In this document: positions 45,328-55,715 of the stretch, in pieces
Layout of the letters: each line of letters opens with the position of its first letter
Numbering within the stretch: the first letter of the stretch is position 1
Source of the DNA: Candidatus Bathyarchaeota archaeon
GTDB taxonomy: Archaea > Thermoproteota > Bathyarchaeia > 40CM-2-53-6
Reading direction: 5' to 3'
Assembly (NCBI GenBank): GCA_005888735.1
Contig: VBBN01000029.1
Span: 14,564 to 78,563, forward strand
Length of the DNA: 64,000 nucleotides
Made by a program: the position numbers and the translations under genes
The notes under the pieces: generated by a model
Databases searched by the model: none
Told to the model about the DNA's origin: nothing
What the model saw: the letters and a program-made list of their open reading frames with translations, nothing else

Positions 45328-47210
45328 GTAAGACAGAGACCGAGAAGATAATTGGAATAGACCTAGGAACCACGAATTCGGCAGCAGCCGCGATGGAAGC
45401 AGGACGCCCCACGGTCGTACCCAGCGCTGAGGGACAGACCGCCGCCGGGAAGATGTTCCCCTCCGTTGTGGCCATGACCAAGGAGGGCCAGCTGTTAGTA
45501 GGTGAGCCTGCAAAGAGGCAGGCCGCGACGAACCCTGAAGGAACCATTTTTGAGGTGAAGCGGAAGATGGGGACATCAGAGAAAGTCGTTCTTCAGGGCA
45601 AAGAGTATACTCCTCAGCAGGTCTCTTCTTTCATTCTTCAAAAGATCAAGAGAGACGCTGAGACTTTTCTGGGAAGGCCCGTTAAGAAAGCCGTCATCAC
45701 TGTTCCTGCACACTTCAACGATAACCAGCGACAGGCCACAAAGGACGCGGGGGAAATTGCGGGCTTAGAAGTTGCTCGTATCATCAATGAGCCAACTGCG
45801 GCTTGTCTAGCCTATGGACTGGACAAGACAGACAAGGAGATGAAGATCATGGTCTTCAGTTTCGGCGGAGGAACGCATGATGTTACCCTAATGGAGTTCG
45901 GGGGCGGAGTCTTCCAGGTTCTGGCCACCAGTGGAGACACACAGACAGGTGGCACAGATATCGACAACGCTGTTGTCGAATATTTGCTGGCCGAGTTTCA
46001 ACGGCAGACGGGCATCAGCCTCCGCAACGACAGAGCCGCGATGACCCGTCTAAAGGAAGCTGCGGAGAAGGCGAAGATTGAGCTTTCAAACCTCGTAACA
46101 ACAGACGTCGACCTTCCATTCCTGACACAGGATTCCTCAGGACCGAAGCACCTTCACACGACCCTTACAAGAGCGAAACTCGAAGACTTGGCTGGGCTGA
46201 TCGTCAAGAAGGTCGAGGCCCCCATCCAGAGAACCCTGGCAGACGCAAAGCTCACGACAAAGGATGTTGACCGCATCATTCTCATCGGAGGCCAGACTCG
46301 AATGCCCTTGGTTCGCAAGTCTGTTGAGGACATCGTTGGGAAACAGGCGGAACGGGGCGTCGACCCGATGGAATGTGTCGCTGTAGGCGCGGCGATCCAG
46401 GGCGCGGTTCTTGCAGGGGAAGTCAAAGACATACTCCTTCTCGACGTCACACCCCTCTCCCTCGGCGTTGAAACCCTGGGAGGAGTCTCCACGAAGATCA
46501 TGGAGAGAAACACAACCATTCCCACAAAGCGCAGCCAGGTCTTCTCGACAGCGGCAGACTTCCAGTCCACCGTAACAATCAATGTGCTCCAGGGAGAGCG
46601 TGCGATGGCAGAGGACAACCTTTCACTTGGAAAGTTCAACCTGACGGGAATACCACCGGCACCGAGAGGCGTTCCGCAAATCGATGTCACCTTCGACATA
46701 GATGCAAATGGAATTTTGAACGTGACTGCGAAGGACCTTGGGACCGGCAAGGAGAACAAGATCACGATTACCGCGTCGACGAAGCTGTCCAAGGACCAGA
46801 AGGAGAAGATGGTCCATGAGGCGGAACAGTTCGCGGAGCTAGACAAGAAGAAGCGGGAAGAGGTCGAGCTTCATAATAACGCTGAAAGTATGCTTTACAC
46901 GGCTGAGAAAACCAAGGACGAGTTAAGAGGCAAAATCGGCCAAGAACAGGTCCAAGTTATCGACAAAGCCGCGGGGGCTCTCAGAGCCGCACTGTCTTCG
47001 AAAGAACCTGACAAGATCAAAGCCGCCAGCGACGAACTGTCTAAGACTCTTCAGAAGGTCGGAGCGGGAATCTACCAGAACGTCGCGGCTCAGCAGGCTC
47101 CTCAGGGCGGGACACAAGGAGCCTCTGGGCAGAAGACTGGATCATCTTCTGAAGACGATAATGTCGTGGATGCTGATTTCAAAGAAGTGAAGAGTGAAGG
47201 GTCTAAGTAA
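45324..47210 (+). CDS. dnaK: chaperone DnaK (Hsp70)
   Basis: 628 aa with the [16 protein letters not shown]-like and other Hsp70 signatures. The GTG start overlaps the grpE stop. Confidence 0.97.
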   Translation: MSKTETEKIIGIDLGTTNSAAAAMEAGRPTVVPSAEGQTAAGKMFPSVVAMTKEGQLLVGEPAKRQAATNPEGTIFEVKRKMGTSEKVVLQGKEYTPQQVSSFILQKIKRDAETFLGRPVKKAVITVPAHFNDNQRQATKDAGEIAGLEVARIINEPTAACLAYGLDKTDKEMKIMVFSFGGGTHDVTLMEFGGGVFQVLATSGDTQTGGTDIDNAVVEYLLAEFQRQTGISLRNDRAAMTRLKEAAEKAKIELSNLVTTDVDLPFLTQDSSGPKHLHTTLTRAKLEDLAGLIVKKVEAPIQRTLADAKLTTKDVDRIILIGGQTRMPLVRKSVEDIVGKQAERGVDPMECVAVGAAIQGAVLAGEVKDILLLDVTPLSLGVETLGGVSTKIMERNTTIPTKRSQVFSTAADFQSTVTINVLQGERAMAEDNLSLGKFNLTGIPPAPRGVPQIDVTFDIDANGILNVTAKDLGTGKENKITITASTKLSKDQKEKMVHEAEQFAELDKKKREEVELHNNAESMLYTAEKTKDELRGKIGQEQVQVIDKAAGALRAALSSKEPDKIKAASDELSKTLQKVGAGIYQNVAAQQAPQGGTQGASGQKTGSSSEDDNVVDADFKEVKSEGSK

Positions 47211-47234
47211 GAGAACGAGCTGAATGACCTGTAG

Positions 47235-48344
47235 ATGGAGAAGCGCGACTACTACGACGTTCTCGGCGTTCCCCGAGGCGCGTCTAAGGACGAGATAAAA
47301 TCCGCTTATCGTAAGCTGGCCTTACGGTATCATCCTGACAGGAATAAGGCTCCAGAGGCTACTGAGAAGTTCAAGGAAATCTCCGAAGCCTACGCCGTAC
47401 TCTCGGATGATGAGAAGAAGACGCAGTTTGACCAGTTCGGCAGAGAAGGGGTCTATCAGCGCTATAACACCGAGGACATTTTCCGCGGGGCAGACTTCGA
47501 CTCCATATTCCGGGACTTAGGCTTTGGTGGGCTTGGCGGTATCTTTGAACGGTTCTTTGGAGGCATTGGGGGCATTGGGGGTTTCGAGGGCTTTGGACCA
47601 CGACAGCCCACGCGAGGGGATGACTTGGCCTACGATTTGGAAATTACCTTTGAAGAGGCGGCGCACGGGGCGGCCCGGGAGATAGATATTCCTCGGCTGT
47701 CCGAGTGCGCTACGTGCAACGGGACCGGTGCGCAGCCAGGCACCAGTCGGAAGAGGTGCGCAGAGTGCAATGGTCGCGGCCAGGTTCAGCACGTACGGAG
47801 AGCGGGTTTTGCCCAGTTTGTACAAATAACCACTTGTCCAAAATGCCGGGGAGAAGGAACCATAATCGAGAAACCGTGCAAAACCTGCAGGGGCTCTGGG
47901 CTGGAAAGGGTCCGCCGGAAGTTGCAGGTCAAGGTTCCCGCAGGGGCTGATGAAGGCCAGGGTCTACGGCTCAAAGGTGAAGGAGACGCGGTTGCAGCTG
48001 GCCGGGCAGGAGATCTGTATGTTCGAATTCACATGAAGCCCCACCGCGAGTTCAAGAGACAAGGGAACGATGTGGTTTATGAGACGAGGATCAGCTTTCC
48101 GAAAGCTGCCCTAGGGGGGGAACTAGAAGTTCCTTGCATCGACGGAAAGGCCAGGTTGAAAATCCCTCCAGGAACGAGGTCCGGTACTGTCTTTAGGCTT
48201 GAAGGGAAGGGCTTTCCGAACCTTGACGGATGGGGCAAGGGAGACGAGCTTGTTCGCGTTGATGTGGATATTCCCCAGGACCTTTCACGGAGGCAGCGCG
48301 AGCTACTGCAGGATCTTGCCCAGGAAATGGGAGAGAGACTCTAG
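47235..48344 (+). CDS. dnaJ: co-chaperone DnaJ
   Basis: J-domain with HPD (YHPDRN), a G/F region and four CxxCxGxG repeats. Confidence 0.95.
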   Translation: MEKRDYYDVLGVPRGASKDEIKSAYRKLALRYHPDRNKAPEATEKFKEISEAYAVLSDDEKKTQFDQFGREGVYQRYNTEDIFRGADFDSIFRDLGFGGLGGIFERFFGGIGGIGGFEGFGPRQPTRGDDLAYDLEITFEEAAHGAAREIDIPRLSECATCNGTGAQPGTSRKRCAECNGRGQVQHVRRAGFAQFVQITTCPKCRGEGTIIEKPCKTCRGSGLERVRRKLQVKVPAGADEGQGLRLKGEGDAVAAGRAGDLYVRIHMKPHREFKRQGNDVVYETRISFPKAALGGELEVPCIDGKARLKIPPGTRSGTVFRLEGKGFPNLDGWGKGDELVRVDVDIPQDLSRRQRELLQDLAQEMGERL

Positions 48345-48473
48345 AACGGCGGAGTCATAGCTAAAACGGCCACTATCCCAGCTATCAAATCTTTCACTTC
48401 CCTACCGCTCCAAATACTCGCAGGTTCACGTGTTAGAAGCGTAACGCGAAGTGTGTCGCTCTCCCATTACTAG

Positions 48474-49922
48474 TCACACTTCGATTCTTACCCTGTACTC
48501 GCCGTAGGCCTCCCTCAGAGCGTAACTGACTTCGCCTACTGTGCAGCCTACCTGAACTGCTCTCAAGATACTTGGTACGAAGTTTTTTTCTGCTCTGGCA
48601 GACCTTGTCAAGGATCCGAGCGCGTTGTTCACTCGGGTTCTGTTTCTTGATGCTTTGAAATTTCTAAGCTGGCGGATTTGAGTTTTCTCGATCTTGGGGT
48701 CGAGGCGTTGGATTCTAGGCTCAGGACCCGCTCCATCAATGAACCTGTTTACGCCCACGATGATTGTTCGTCCCTCATCGACTGACTTTTGAAACCTGTA
48801 GGCGCTCTCCTGAATCTCCCGGTGGACGAAGCCTGACTCTATTGCCTTCCGTGCTCCACCTAGGCTCTCTACTCTCTCAAGAAGCTCCAGTACATTCCGC
48901 TCAAGGCTCCGTGTCAGGTTCTCAACATAGTAGCTACCGGCCAGGGGGTCAGCGGTCCGAGTCACTCCTGACTCGTAAGCGATGATTTGCTGGGTTCGCA
49001 GTGCAACTCTCACCGAATCCTCTGTCGGCAGGGAGATCGCCTCATCCTTGGAGTTCGTGTGTAAAGACTGGGTCCCGCCCAGGATAGCGGCTAAGGCCTG
49101 AATCGCCACCCTTGTGACATTATTGTCAGGCTGCTGGGCGGTCAGTGTTTCGCCGCTAGTTTGAGTGTGAAAGCGGAGTTTGCAAGATTCCGGATTTCGA
49201 GCATTGAACCGCTCTTTCATCAACCATGCCCATATTTTCCGGGCTGCTCTGAGCTTGGCAATCTCCTCGAGAAAGTCGTTCCGGCAGGCGTAGAAGAATG
49301 AAAGGTGAGGGGCAAAGTGGTCGATCCTTAGCCCCCTTTCCAAGGCCGCTCTTACATACTCGAGAGCGTTTGCGAAGCTGAACGCTAGCTCCTGTATAGC
49401 GTTTGCACCGGACTCTCTGATATGGTAGCCGCTTATGCTGATTGGATGCCACATGGGCATTTTTTCGGCGCAGTATTCTATCAGGTCCACTGCTAATCTC
49501 AATGAAGCCTCGGGGGGATAGATGTATGTGTTCCGGGCAATGTACTCCTTCAGAATATCATTCTGAGTAGTTCCTCGGAGAACTCTCTGTGAGACGCCTT
49601 GTTCCTGAGCCACAGCGACATAAAGTGACAGGAGGATAGGGGCCGTCGCGTTAATTGTCATGCTGGTGCTAACTTTGTCGAGATGGATGCTGTCGAAGAG
49701 CTGTCTCATGTCGTCAAGGCTGCTTATCGCAACGCCTACCCTACCAACTTCTCCGGCCGCGCGTGGATGGTCTGAGTCAAGGCCAAGCTGAGTCGGCAGG
49801 TCGAAGGCGGTGCTGAGGCCAGTCTCTCCATGTGAGATTAGATACTTGAAGCGCTTGTTGGTTTCCCGTCCTGACCCGAAACCCGTGTACTGACGCATCG
49901 TCCACAGTTTTTGTCTATACAT
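48474..49922 (-). CDS. methylmalonyl-CoA mutase-type catalytic (large) subunit
   Basis: 482 aa from the first ATG with WTMRQYTGFGS, KEYIARNTYIYPP and [10 protein letters not shown]. Homologous N-terminal sequence (TTDSGIPSKRVYTQKD...GLPGQYPYARGIYEE) continues upstream in frame to the TAG at 50064-50066. Confidence 0.9.
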   Translation of the reverse strand: MYRQKLWTMRQYTGFGSGRETNKRFKYLISHGETGLSTAFDLPTQLGLDSDHPRAAGEVGRVGVAISSLDDMRQLFDSIHLDKVSTSMTINATAPILLSLYVAVAQEQGVSQRVLRGTTQNDILKEYIARNTYIYPPEASLRLAVDLIEYCAEKMPMWHPISISGYHIRESGANAIQELAFSFANALEYVRAALERGLRIDHFAPHLSFFYACRNDFLEEIAKLRAARKIWAWLMKERFNARNPESCKLRFHTQTSGETLTAQQPDNNVTRVAIQALAAILGGTQSLHTNSKDEAISLPTEDSVRVALRTQQIIAYESGVTRTADPLAGSYYVENLTRSLERNVLELLERVESLGGARKAIESGFVHREIQESAYRFQKSVDEGRTIIVGVNRFIDGAGPEPRIQRLDPKIEKTQIRQLRNFKASRNRTRVNNALGSLTRSARAEKNFVPSILRAVQVGCTVGEVSYALREAYGEYRVRIEV

Positions 49923-50063
49923 CTCCTCGTAGATTCCCCGCGCGTAAGGGTACTGTCCAGGTAACCCGATCGACTTGGCCCACTGGGGCGGGACGTCCTT
50001 TTGAGTGTAGACTCGCTTGGAGGGTATTCCGGAATCGGTTGTTACGGGTTCAGGCGTAGATTT

Positions 50064-51005
50064 CTAGTCTCCTAGCTTGCTGATGGTCTTTACCAGTTTT
50101 GACGCCGCGGTTTCAGGGTCTAATTGGCGCTTGACGACCTGGTTGACGATTCCAGTCCATTCCTTCCGGGTCTTCAACCGGTCCACTGTTTCACGGTGAA
50201 AATCCGAAAACGCTGCTTCAATCAGCTCTTGTTCAATTCTTCCCTGCGCACGTTTCTCTCGCAGGTCCTTGTCGTCGAGGTGTTTGCGAAACCTCTCAAG
50301 TGAGTCGACTACCGCCGGTACTCCAGTTCCTTTCAAAGCAACGGTCTTCAACACCGGCGGCCTCCAGCCGTCCTTCTCCTTCAAGCCGCTGGCAATGTTG
50401 TACATGGTCTTTGAGGGGTTGACGAGGTCCGCCTTATTCACCACGAAGACATCACCGATCTCGCCGAACCCTGCCTTGAACGCTTGAACCTCATCGCCGA
50501 GCTGAGGCATAAGCACGACGACGACTGCATCCACGGCCGACGCCACCTCCACCTCGGCCTGCCCAGCTCCGACGGTTTCTATGATTATGATATCCATCCC
50601 GGCTGCGTCGAGAACTCTGACCGTGTTCCTAGCAGCACGGGCGAGACCTCCAATGTCTCCCCTTGAGGCCATGCTACGGATGAACACGCCCTTTTCCAGG
50701 CTGTGGTCCATCATGCGAATCCTGTCACCGAGCAGTGCGCCTCCGGTGAAGGCGCTTGATGGGTCGATGGCTAGGACCCCGACTCTCTGGGCTCTCTTGC
50801 GATACTCTTCAATCATCTTGTCGACGAGAGTACTCTTGCCCGTCCCGGTGGGACCCGTCACCCCTACCGTGAAGGCCCTACCAGTGCGGGGGTAAATCTC
50901 ATGGATGAGCCGACGACACGCCTCCCCCCCACCCTCAACAACCGTAATGGCCTTGGCAAGGGCGCGATGGTCCCCTCTCGAAACTAGTGTCGATAATCCG
51001 ACCAA
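50064..51005 (-). CDS. meaB: MeaB/ArgK-type G-protein chaperone of B12 mutases
   Basis: 313 aa with P-loop GPTGTGKST, switch regions and NKAD. Confidence 0.9.
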   Translation of the reverse strand: MVGLSTLVSRGDHRALAKAITVVEGGGEACRRLIHEIYPRTGRAFTVGVTGPTGTGKSTLVDKMIEEYRKRAQRVGVLAIDPSSAFTGGALLGDRIRMMDHSLEKGVFIRSMASRGDIGGLARAARNTVRVLDAAGMDIIIIETVGAGQAEVEVASAVDAVVVVLMPQLGDEVQAFKAGFGEIGDVFVVNKADLVNPSKTMYNIASGLKEKDGWRPPVLKTVALKGTGVPAVVDSLERFRKHLDDKDLREKRAQGRIEQELIEAAFSDFHRETVDRLKTRKEWTGIVNQVVKRQLDPETAASKLVKTISKLGD

Positions 51006-51122
51006 TGTGATACCCGTTCTTCACTTCCCTGTAGGATATTTCAACGTTGAAGGGTCCCTACTGGTGGGGAAAATGGAGAAATAGGAAAATCCCGTCTTAC
51101 TCAGCTGTTTCGTGAGACTGTT

Positions 51123-52871
51123 TTGGCAGCAAGCTATTGGAAGAAAGCTCTTGGAGAAATAGAGACGCACCGACGAGCACCAGCCTCAACTTTCAACCAG
51201 GCACACTTGACGAGGCTGAAGAGAGGAAACAAGAGGTGGGCAGAGAAAACGCTCGGAGAGTGGTTGCGCACAAGCCCCGAGACGAGGAAAGAATACCGTA
51301 ACCCGTCAGAAATTCCCCTCCGACGGACATACACTCCCGAGGACATATCCTACTTTGACTACTCCAGCGACGAGGGTTTTCCTGGCGAATACCCGTATGT
51401 CCGGGGTGTCTACCCTACGATGTACAGGGGAAGGCTTTGGACAATGCGCATGTTCTCAGGCTTTGGTACACCTGAAGACACCAACAAGAGACTCCATTAT
51501 CTGCTCGAACACGGCGAGACAGGTCTCAGCATAGCCTTCGACATGCCGACACTGTACGGTTATGACCCCGACCATCCTCGTGCAGAGGGCGAGGTCGGAC
51601 GTTGTGGCGTCTCAGTCGGCTCGTTGAAAGATATGGAGATTATTCTCGAAGGAATTCCGCTCGACAAAGTCAGCACGAGCATGACCATCAACGCGCCAGC
51701 CTCCGTGTTAACCGCGATGTACGTGGGCGTGGCTGAGCGGCATGGTGTCAAGGCGAAAGACCTCAGGGGAACGGTGCAAGCGGACATTCTCAAAGAGTAC
51801 ATCGCCCAGAAAGAATGGGCGTTTCCACCTGAAGCACACTTGCGAATCATCCGGGACATGATGGTCTACTGCACCAAGGAGATGCCCCAGTGGAACTACA
51901 TCAGCATAAGCGGCTACCACATCCGTGAGGCAGGCTCGAGCGCGGTCCAAGAGCTGGCATTCACTTTAGCGGACGGTTTTGCGTATGTTGATCTGGGTAT
52001 TGAAGCTGGGTTGAACGTTGATAACTTCGCTCCCCGTCTCAGCTTCTTCTGGAACTGCGGAATGGATTTCTTCGAAGAGGTCGCTAAGTTTCGAGCAGCG
52101 AGGCGAATATGGGCCCGGGTCCTGAAGGAGAAGTACAAGGCGAAAGACCCGCGCTCGCTACTCCTACGGACACATGCTCAGAACTCTGGCGTGTCGCTAA
52201 CCTGGCAACAGCCCCTGAACAACATAGTCCGGACAACTATTGAGGCCCTCGCCACCGTCCTAGGCGGGACTCAGTCTCTGCACACGAATTCCTATGATGA
52301 AGCCTGGGCTTTGCCCTCAGAGAAGGCTGCGACGGTAGCCTTGAGGACGCAGCAGGTAATAGCCGAGGAGACAGGCGTCACAGACGTGATCGACCCGCTA
52401 GCAGGGTCCTACTATCTAGAATGGCTAACGGATGAGATGGAACAGAGAGCGTTCGAGTATTTCGACAAGATAGAACAGGCGGGAGGCCTGCTGGAGGCGA
52501 TCAAGACCGGGTTCATTCAGCGCGAAATAGCCGAGACAGCCTATCGTTACCAGCAAGAGATGGAAAAAGGAGAACGCGTCGTGGTTGGAGTCAACAAGTA
52601 TCACGTTGAGGAGAAGATGCCAATTGATACGTTGAAGATCAATCATGAAGCACAACGCCTGCAGGTCGACAGGATCAACAAAGTCCGCCAGACCAGGGAT
52701 AACGGGAAGGTTCAGAGGTCTCTAGAGGAGCTCCGGAAGATCTTCGAGGACCCGAAGGCGAACGCCATGTACCCAATGATAAGAGCGGTCAAGGCATATG
52801 CCACACTGGGCGAGATAATGGACGTGGGCCGCAAGGTCTTCGGAGACTACAAAGAACCGCCCATCCTATAG
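51123..52871 (+). CDS. acyl-CoA mutase catalytic (large) subunit with isobutyryl-CoA-mutase-type specificity residues
   Basis: 582 aa with [11 protein letters not shown] and [13 protein letters not shown]. These carry Phe and Gln where MCM has Tyr and Arg. TTG start. Confidence 0.85.
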   Translation: MAASYWKKALGEIETHRRAPASTFNQAHLTRLKRGNKRWAEKTLGEWLRTSPETRKEYRNPSEIPLRRTYTPEDISYFDYSSDEGFPGEYPYVRGVYPTMYRGRLWTMRMFSGFGTPEDTNKRLHYLLEHGETGLSIAFDMPTLYGYDPDHPRAEGEVGRCGVSVGSLKDMEIILEGIPLDKVSTSMTINAPASVLTAMYVGVAERHGVKAKDLRGTVQADILKEYIAQKEWAFPPEAHLRIIRDMMVYCTKEMPQWNYISISGYHIREAGSSAVQELAFTLADGFAYVDLGIEAGLNVDNFAPRLSFFWNCGMDFFEEVAKFRAARRIWARVLKEKYKAKDPRSLLLRTHAQNSGVSLTWQQPLNNIVRTTIEALATVLGGTQSLHTNSYDEAWALPSEKAATVALRTQQVIAEETGVTDVIDPLAGSYYLEWLTDEMEQRAFEYFDKIEQAGGLLEAIKTGFIQREIAETAYRYQQEMEKGERVVVGVNKYHVEEKMPIDTLKINHEAQRLQVDRINKVRQTRDNGKVQRSLEELRKIFEDPKANAMYPMIRAVKAYATLGEIMDVGRKVFGDYKEPPIL

Positions 52872-52909
52872 CCAGGAAGCCTAAGGAGCGTCCGACCAGG
52901 ATCTGAATC

Positions 52910-53491
52910 ATGGCCTACACGATAAAGGAACTGAGCCCTCGGACGCTAGCAGACTTCGAGGATCTAGCCGCCCAGCAAGGATATTGTTGGTGCATGTACT
53001 ACCAGCGCCCCAGACCTGTCGGAAGGAACCTCTCGAATGTGGAGAGGAAGGCGAAGAATAGGAGAGACAAGGCGGCTCTCGTGCGCGCAAGCCGATCTCA
53101 CGCGATTCTAGTCTACGACGGCGAGAAAACAGTAGGATGGTGCCAGTACGGGGTCAAGGATGAGCTTCCACGGATTGACGCGGGGCGTAACTATCGCAAG
53201 GTCGCCCCTCCAGTCGAAGCTGAGAAGCTATGGAGAATAACGTGTTTCTTTGTTGACAAGGACTACCGGGGCAAGGGGGTTGCCAAACTAGCGCTCAAGG
53301 CCGCCCTAGACAGCATTAAGAAACAAGGAGGAGGAGTCGTTGAGGCGTATCCCGTTGTTTCGGAGAAAATGGCCGCGGTCGCGGAATGGCGCTGGTTCGG
53401 GACACCTAGCATGTTCCGAGGGGAACATTTCAGAACAGTCGCGCCCTTAGGCTCGAGTGGGGTCCTTATGCGGAAGACTATTTCTCCATAG
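52910..53491 (+). CDS. GNAT-family N-acetyltransferase
   Basis: 193 aa. CFFVDKDYRGKGVAKLALKAALDSIKKQGG is the acetyl-CoA binding motif A. Confidence 0.7.
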   Translation: MAYTIKELSPRTLADFEDLAAQQGYCWCMYYQRPRPVGRNLSNVERKAKNRRDKAALVRASRSHAILVYDGEKTVGWCQYGVKDELPRIDAGRNYRKVAPPVEAEKLWRITCFFVDKDYRGKGVAKLALKAALDSIKKQGGGVVEAYPVVSEKMAAVAEWRWFGTPSMFRGEHFRTVAPLGSSGVLMRKTISP

Positions 53492-53522
53492 TCGACGATA
53501 CTCCCATTCCCTGAAGACTATC

Positions 53523-54140
53523 ATGAAGTCTACCCGCCCCCTCTTTCGCAGGTCGCCCAAGCAATGGCGTATGACCCGGACCCGGCAGGTAGCCGCGGTG
53601 GGCAACGTAAAGCTTCACGAGGATGACATCGTCTCCACGACCGGATTCAGAACAAAGCATCTCCGACTTAGTCTTCACGACTTTGCAATAATCGTCCCGG
53701 TCTTGGACAAGAACCGCTTTGTCTTCATCTGGAACTACCGCCACCCCATTCAAGGCTGGGAGCTAGAGTTGCCGGCCGGCCTGATGGACGATGGCGAGGG
53801 TCCAGAAACATGCGCTCGGAGAGAGTTGCGGGAGGAGACAGGATACTCTGCCCGGAACTGGACGAACATAGGCTGGCTACACACGACTCCCGGAATCTCA
53901 GCACAACGGGCCCACGTGTTCTTGGCAACAGGGTTGAGAAAGGGAAAAGCCCGCCTAGAACCCTACGAGCGAATGAACACTCGAATTATCACAGTCAAGA
54001 AAGCGTATCAGCTATTGCACGAGGGCAAGCTGGTGCACTCATCCACAGTCTCAGCGTTGAGCCTAGCTGAGAAGGCTCTTCTCCGCACACCAAGTGTCGA
54101 AAAGGATTCTAGAGGTTGGCACCACAGGCGGCACATTTAG
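53523..54140 (+). CDS. NUDIX hydrolase (ADP-ribose pyrophosphatase-like)
   Basis: Nudix box GLMDDGEGPETCARRELREETGY. I chose the ATG at 53523. Confidence 0.8.
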   Translation: MKSTRPLFRRSPKQWRMTRTRQVAAVGNVKLHEDDIVSTTGFRTKHLRLSLHDFAIIVPVLDKNRFVFIWNYRHPIQGWELELPAGLMDDGEGPETCARRELREETGYSARNWTNIGWLHTTPGISAQRAHVFLATGLRKGKARLEPYERMNTRIITVKKAYQLLHEGKLVHSSTVSALSLAEKALLRTPSVEKDSRGWHHRRHI

Positions 54141-54735
54141 TGCTACCCGGGCTGATTGTTGCCCCGCAGTGGGTGCAAAAGTGGGCAAGTGTCGGAGCCG
54201 GCGTTGATGTTCCAGTTGGACTGATTTTAGAGCCAAAGCTTGTGCTCGTTGTCGTACCGAGTGATGGAGTGTTGAATGACGGTGTCGAGAAAGATGGAGG
54301 TGGCGTGAAGGTTGCGGTGGGTGACCAGGATGCCTTTCCAAAGAAGGCCTTCACACGTGTCCGAGTTAGGTAGTAGACCAACAAACCCGGAATGATTATG
54401 CCTGTAATGCTACCGTAGCTGCCGGATGCAGTCAGCGTAATAGCGAAAACTATCAGCAAAATGTTCGCGACCATTCCAAGAGTCCATGCCCATCCCTTCC
54501 CGTTGAGAAAACCAAACCCGGTAGCAACCCATATGAGGCCGAGCACAAGAATTATGCCGCCGAAAATGGCTCCAAGCCCGGCGAGTACTCCACCGGTTGG
54601 GCCTAGAAACCCCACAAATAGAGCTGACAACGCTATCAGCCCCAAGCCGAGGATCGTCACAGGGATCCCTGCGAGCAGGGCCAGTATTGCAATTATTGTT
54701 ACGCCTAGGGGTCTCGACGGCTTCTGAGACTGCAT
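54109..54735 (-). CDS. membrane protein with S/T/P linker and C-terminal zinc ribbon
   Basis: 208 aa with four TM segments paralogous to 23830-24237, a T/S/P-rich linker and CTHCG-x10-CAACG. Confidence 0.6.
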   Translation of the reverse strand: MQSQKPSRPLGVTIIAILALLAGIPVTILGLGLIALSALFVGFLGPTGGVLAGLGAIFGGIILVLGLIWVATGFGFLNGKGWAWTLGMVANILLIVFAITLTASGSYGSITGIIIPGLLVYYLTRTRVKAFFGKASWSPTATFTPPPSFSTPSFNTPSLGTTTSTSFGSKISPTGTSTPAPTLAHFCTHCGATISPGSTKCAACGANL

Positions 54736-54893
54736 AGGGTTCGCGTAGCAGACGGTCCATCGATTATGCTTAGCGTAACTCTACATGACGATCCGCGGTT
54801 ACTGACCATGAAGGACGGCCTTGGACGAAGCGACGAAAGAAGGACTGTATCCTGGCGGCTTGGATGACTTCCTGTATCCTACCTGGCCCTTAC

Positions 54894-55130
54894 CTAAATA
54901 ACTGAAGCTCCGCAGGAGGGACACTTTGTCGCTCCAGCGGGAATGCTCGCTCCACAGGAGCGACACACCACTGATGTTCCCATAGTGCCAGATGCGCCCG
55001 TCGATCCCATCATTCCAGGGCCCGTGGTGGCATCTGGTATCTTTGGTCGAGTGAAGTAATACGCAATAGCAGCTGGCCAGCAGAACAGGACAAGAATGAT
55101 GAGAATTGCTAGATTGTATTTTCTTGCCAA
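54894..55130 (-). CDS. small membrane-anchored zinc-ribbon protein
   Basis: 78 aa with an N-terminal TM segment, a G/T/M-rich linker and CRSCG-x10-CPSCG. Confidence 0.5.
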   Translation of the reverse strand: MARKYNLAILIILVLFCWPAAIAYYFTRPKIPDATTGPGMMGSTGASGTMGTSVVCRSCGASIPAGATKCPSCGASVI

Positions 55131-55209
55131 TGCTTTCTACAGTCCAGCGTCACCCTTTTTGAACACTTTTAAGCTTAGTGCAATTCTCTAGGATTTCAAC
55201 GAAAATGGC

Positions 55210-55677
55210 ATGCAGTCAAGTCCTGATGAACGTGCGTCGTTGCGGTTCTTGTTACTCGCGCACCATTCCGTGAAAGGCCTGTCTCATACTATCAGAATCA
55301 ATCTCCTAGGGAGAACACTCTATGTTTGCGCTAGGTGCACAGGAGTGGTTTTGGGATTTCTACTCGGAACACTCTACACTAATCAGCTGATGATGGGCGT
55401 CGCTGCCCGGCCGTACCTTCTTGCGATTTTCCCGATTCCCGCTGCAACTGACTGGCTGATTCAGGTGCATGGGCTTCGAGAAAGCTCGAACTGGAGGCGA
55501 GTTGTCACAGGCGTCGCCCTAGGGCAATCGTACCTCGCGGGACTAGTTGCCTTGCTCACGGGGCAATTCCTCCTGGTGATATATGCAGGCTTGGTTTGGC
55601 TGATGTACGCGGTCATCCTATTCACCATATTTAACAAGACGAACGCGTTGCAAAGTTATCTACGCAAGTCATTCTAA
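55210..55677 (+). CDS. DUF2085-like membrane protein
   Basis: 155 aa. LYVCARCTGVVLGF is typical of DUF2085, followed by four TM segments. Confidence 0.6.
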   Translation: MQSSPDERASLRFLLLAHHSVKGLSHTIRINLLGRTLYVCARCTGVVLGFLLGTLYTNQLMMGVAARPYLLAIFPIPAATDWLIQVHGLRESSNWRRVVTGVALGQSYLAGLVALLTGQFLLVIYAGLVWLMYAVILFTIFNKTNALQSYLRKSF

Positions 55678-55715
55678 CTTGGGAAGCGTCTCTGCAGTGC
55701 CTCTGACACCCCTTT

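Noticed and set aside
46154-46846. 230-aa reverse ORF inside dnaK
   Set aside because: It is antisense to an unambiguous Hsp70 gene and has S/R/V-rich composition.
50064-50066. Global reassignment of TAG (for example genome-wide pyrrolysine or sense decoding) to explain the in-frame TAG junctions
   Set aside because: TAG is the stop of many confidently delimited genes here (cdc6, pyrB, PiT, nrdD-like, acyl-CoA dehydrogenase and others), so it clearly functions as a terminator. Only local or partial read-through, or reinitiation, remains plausible.
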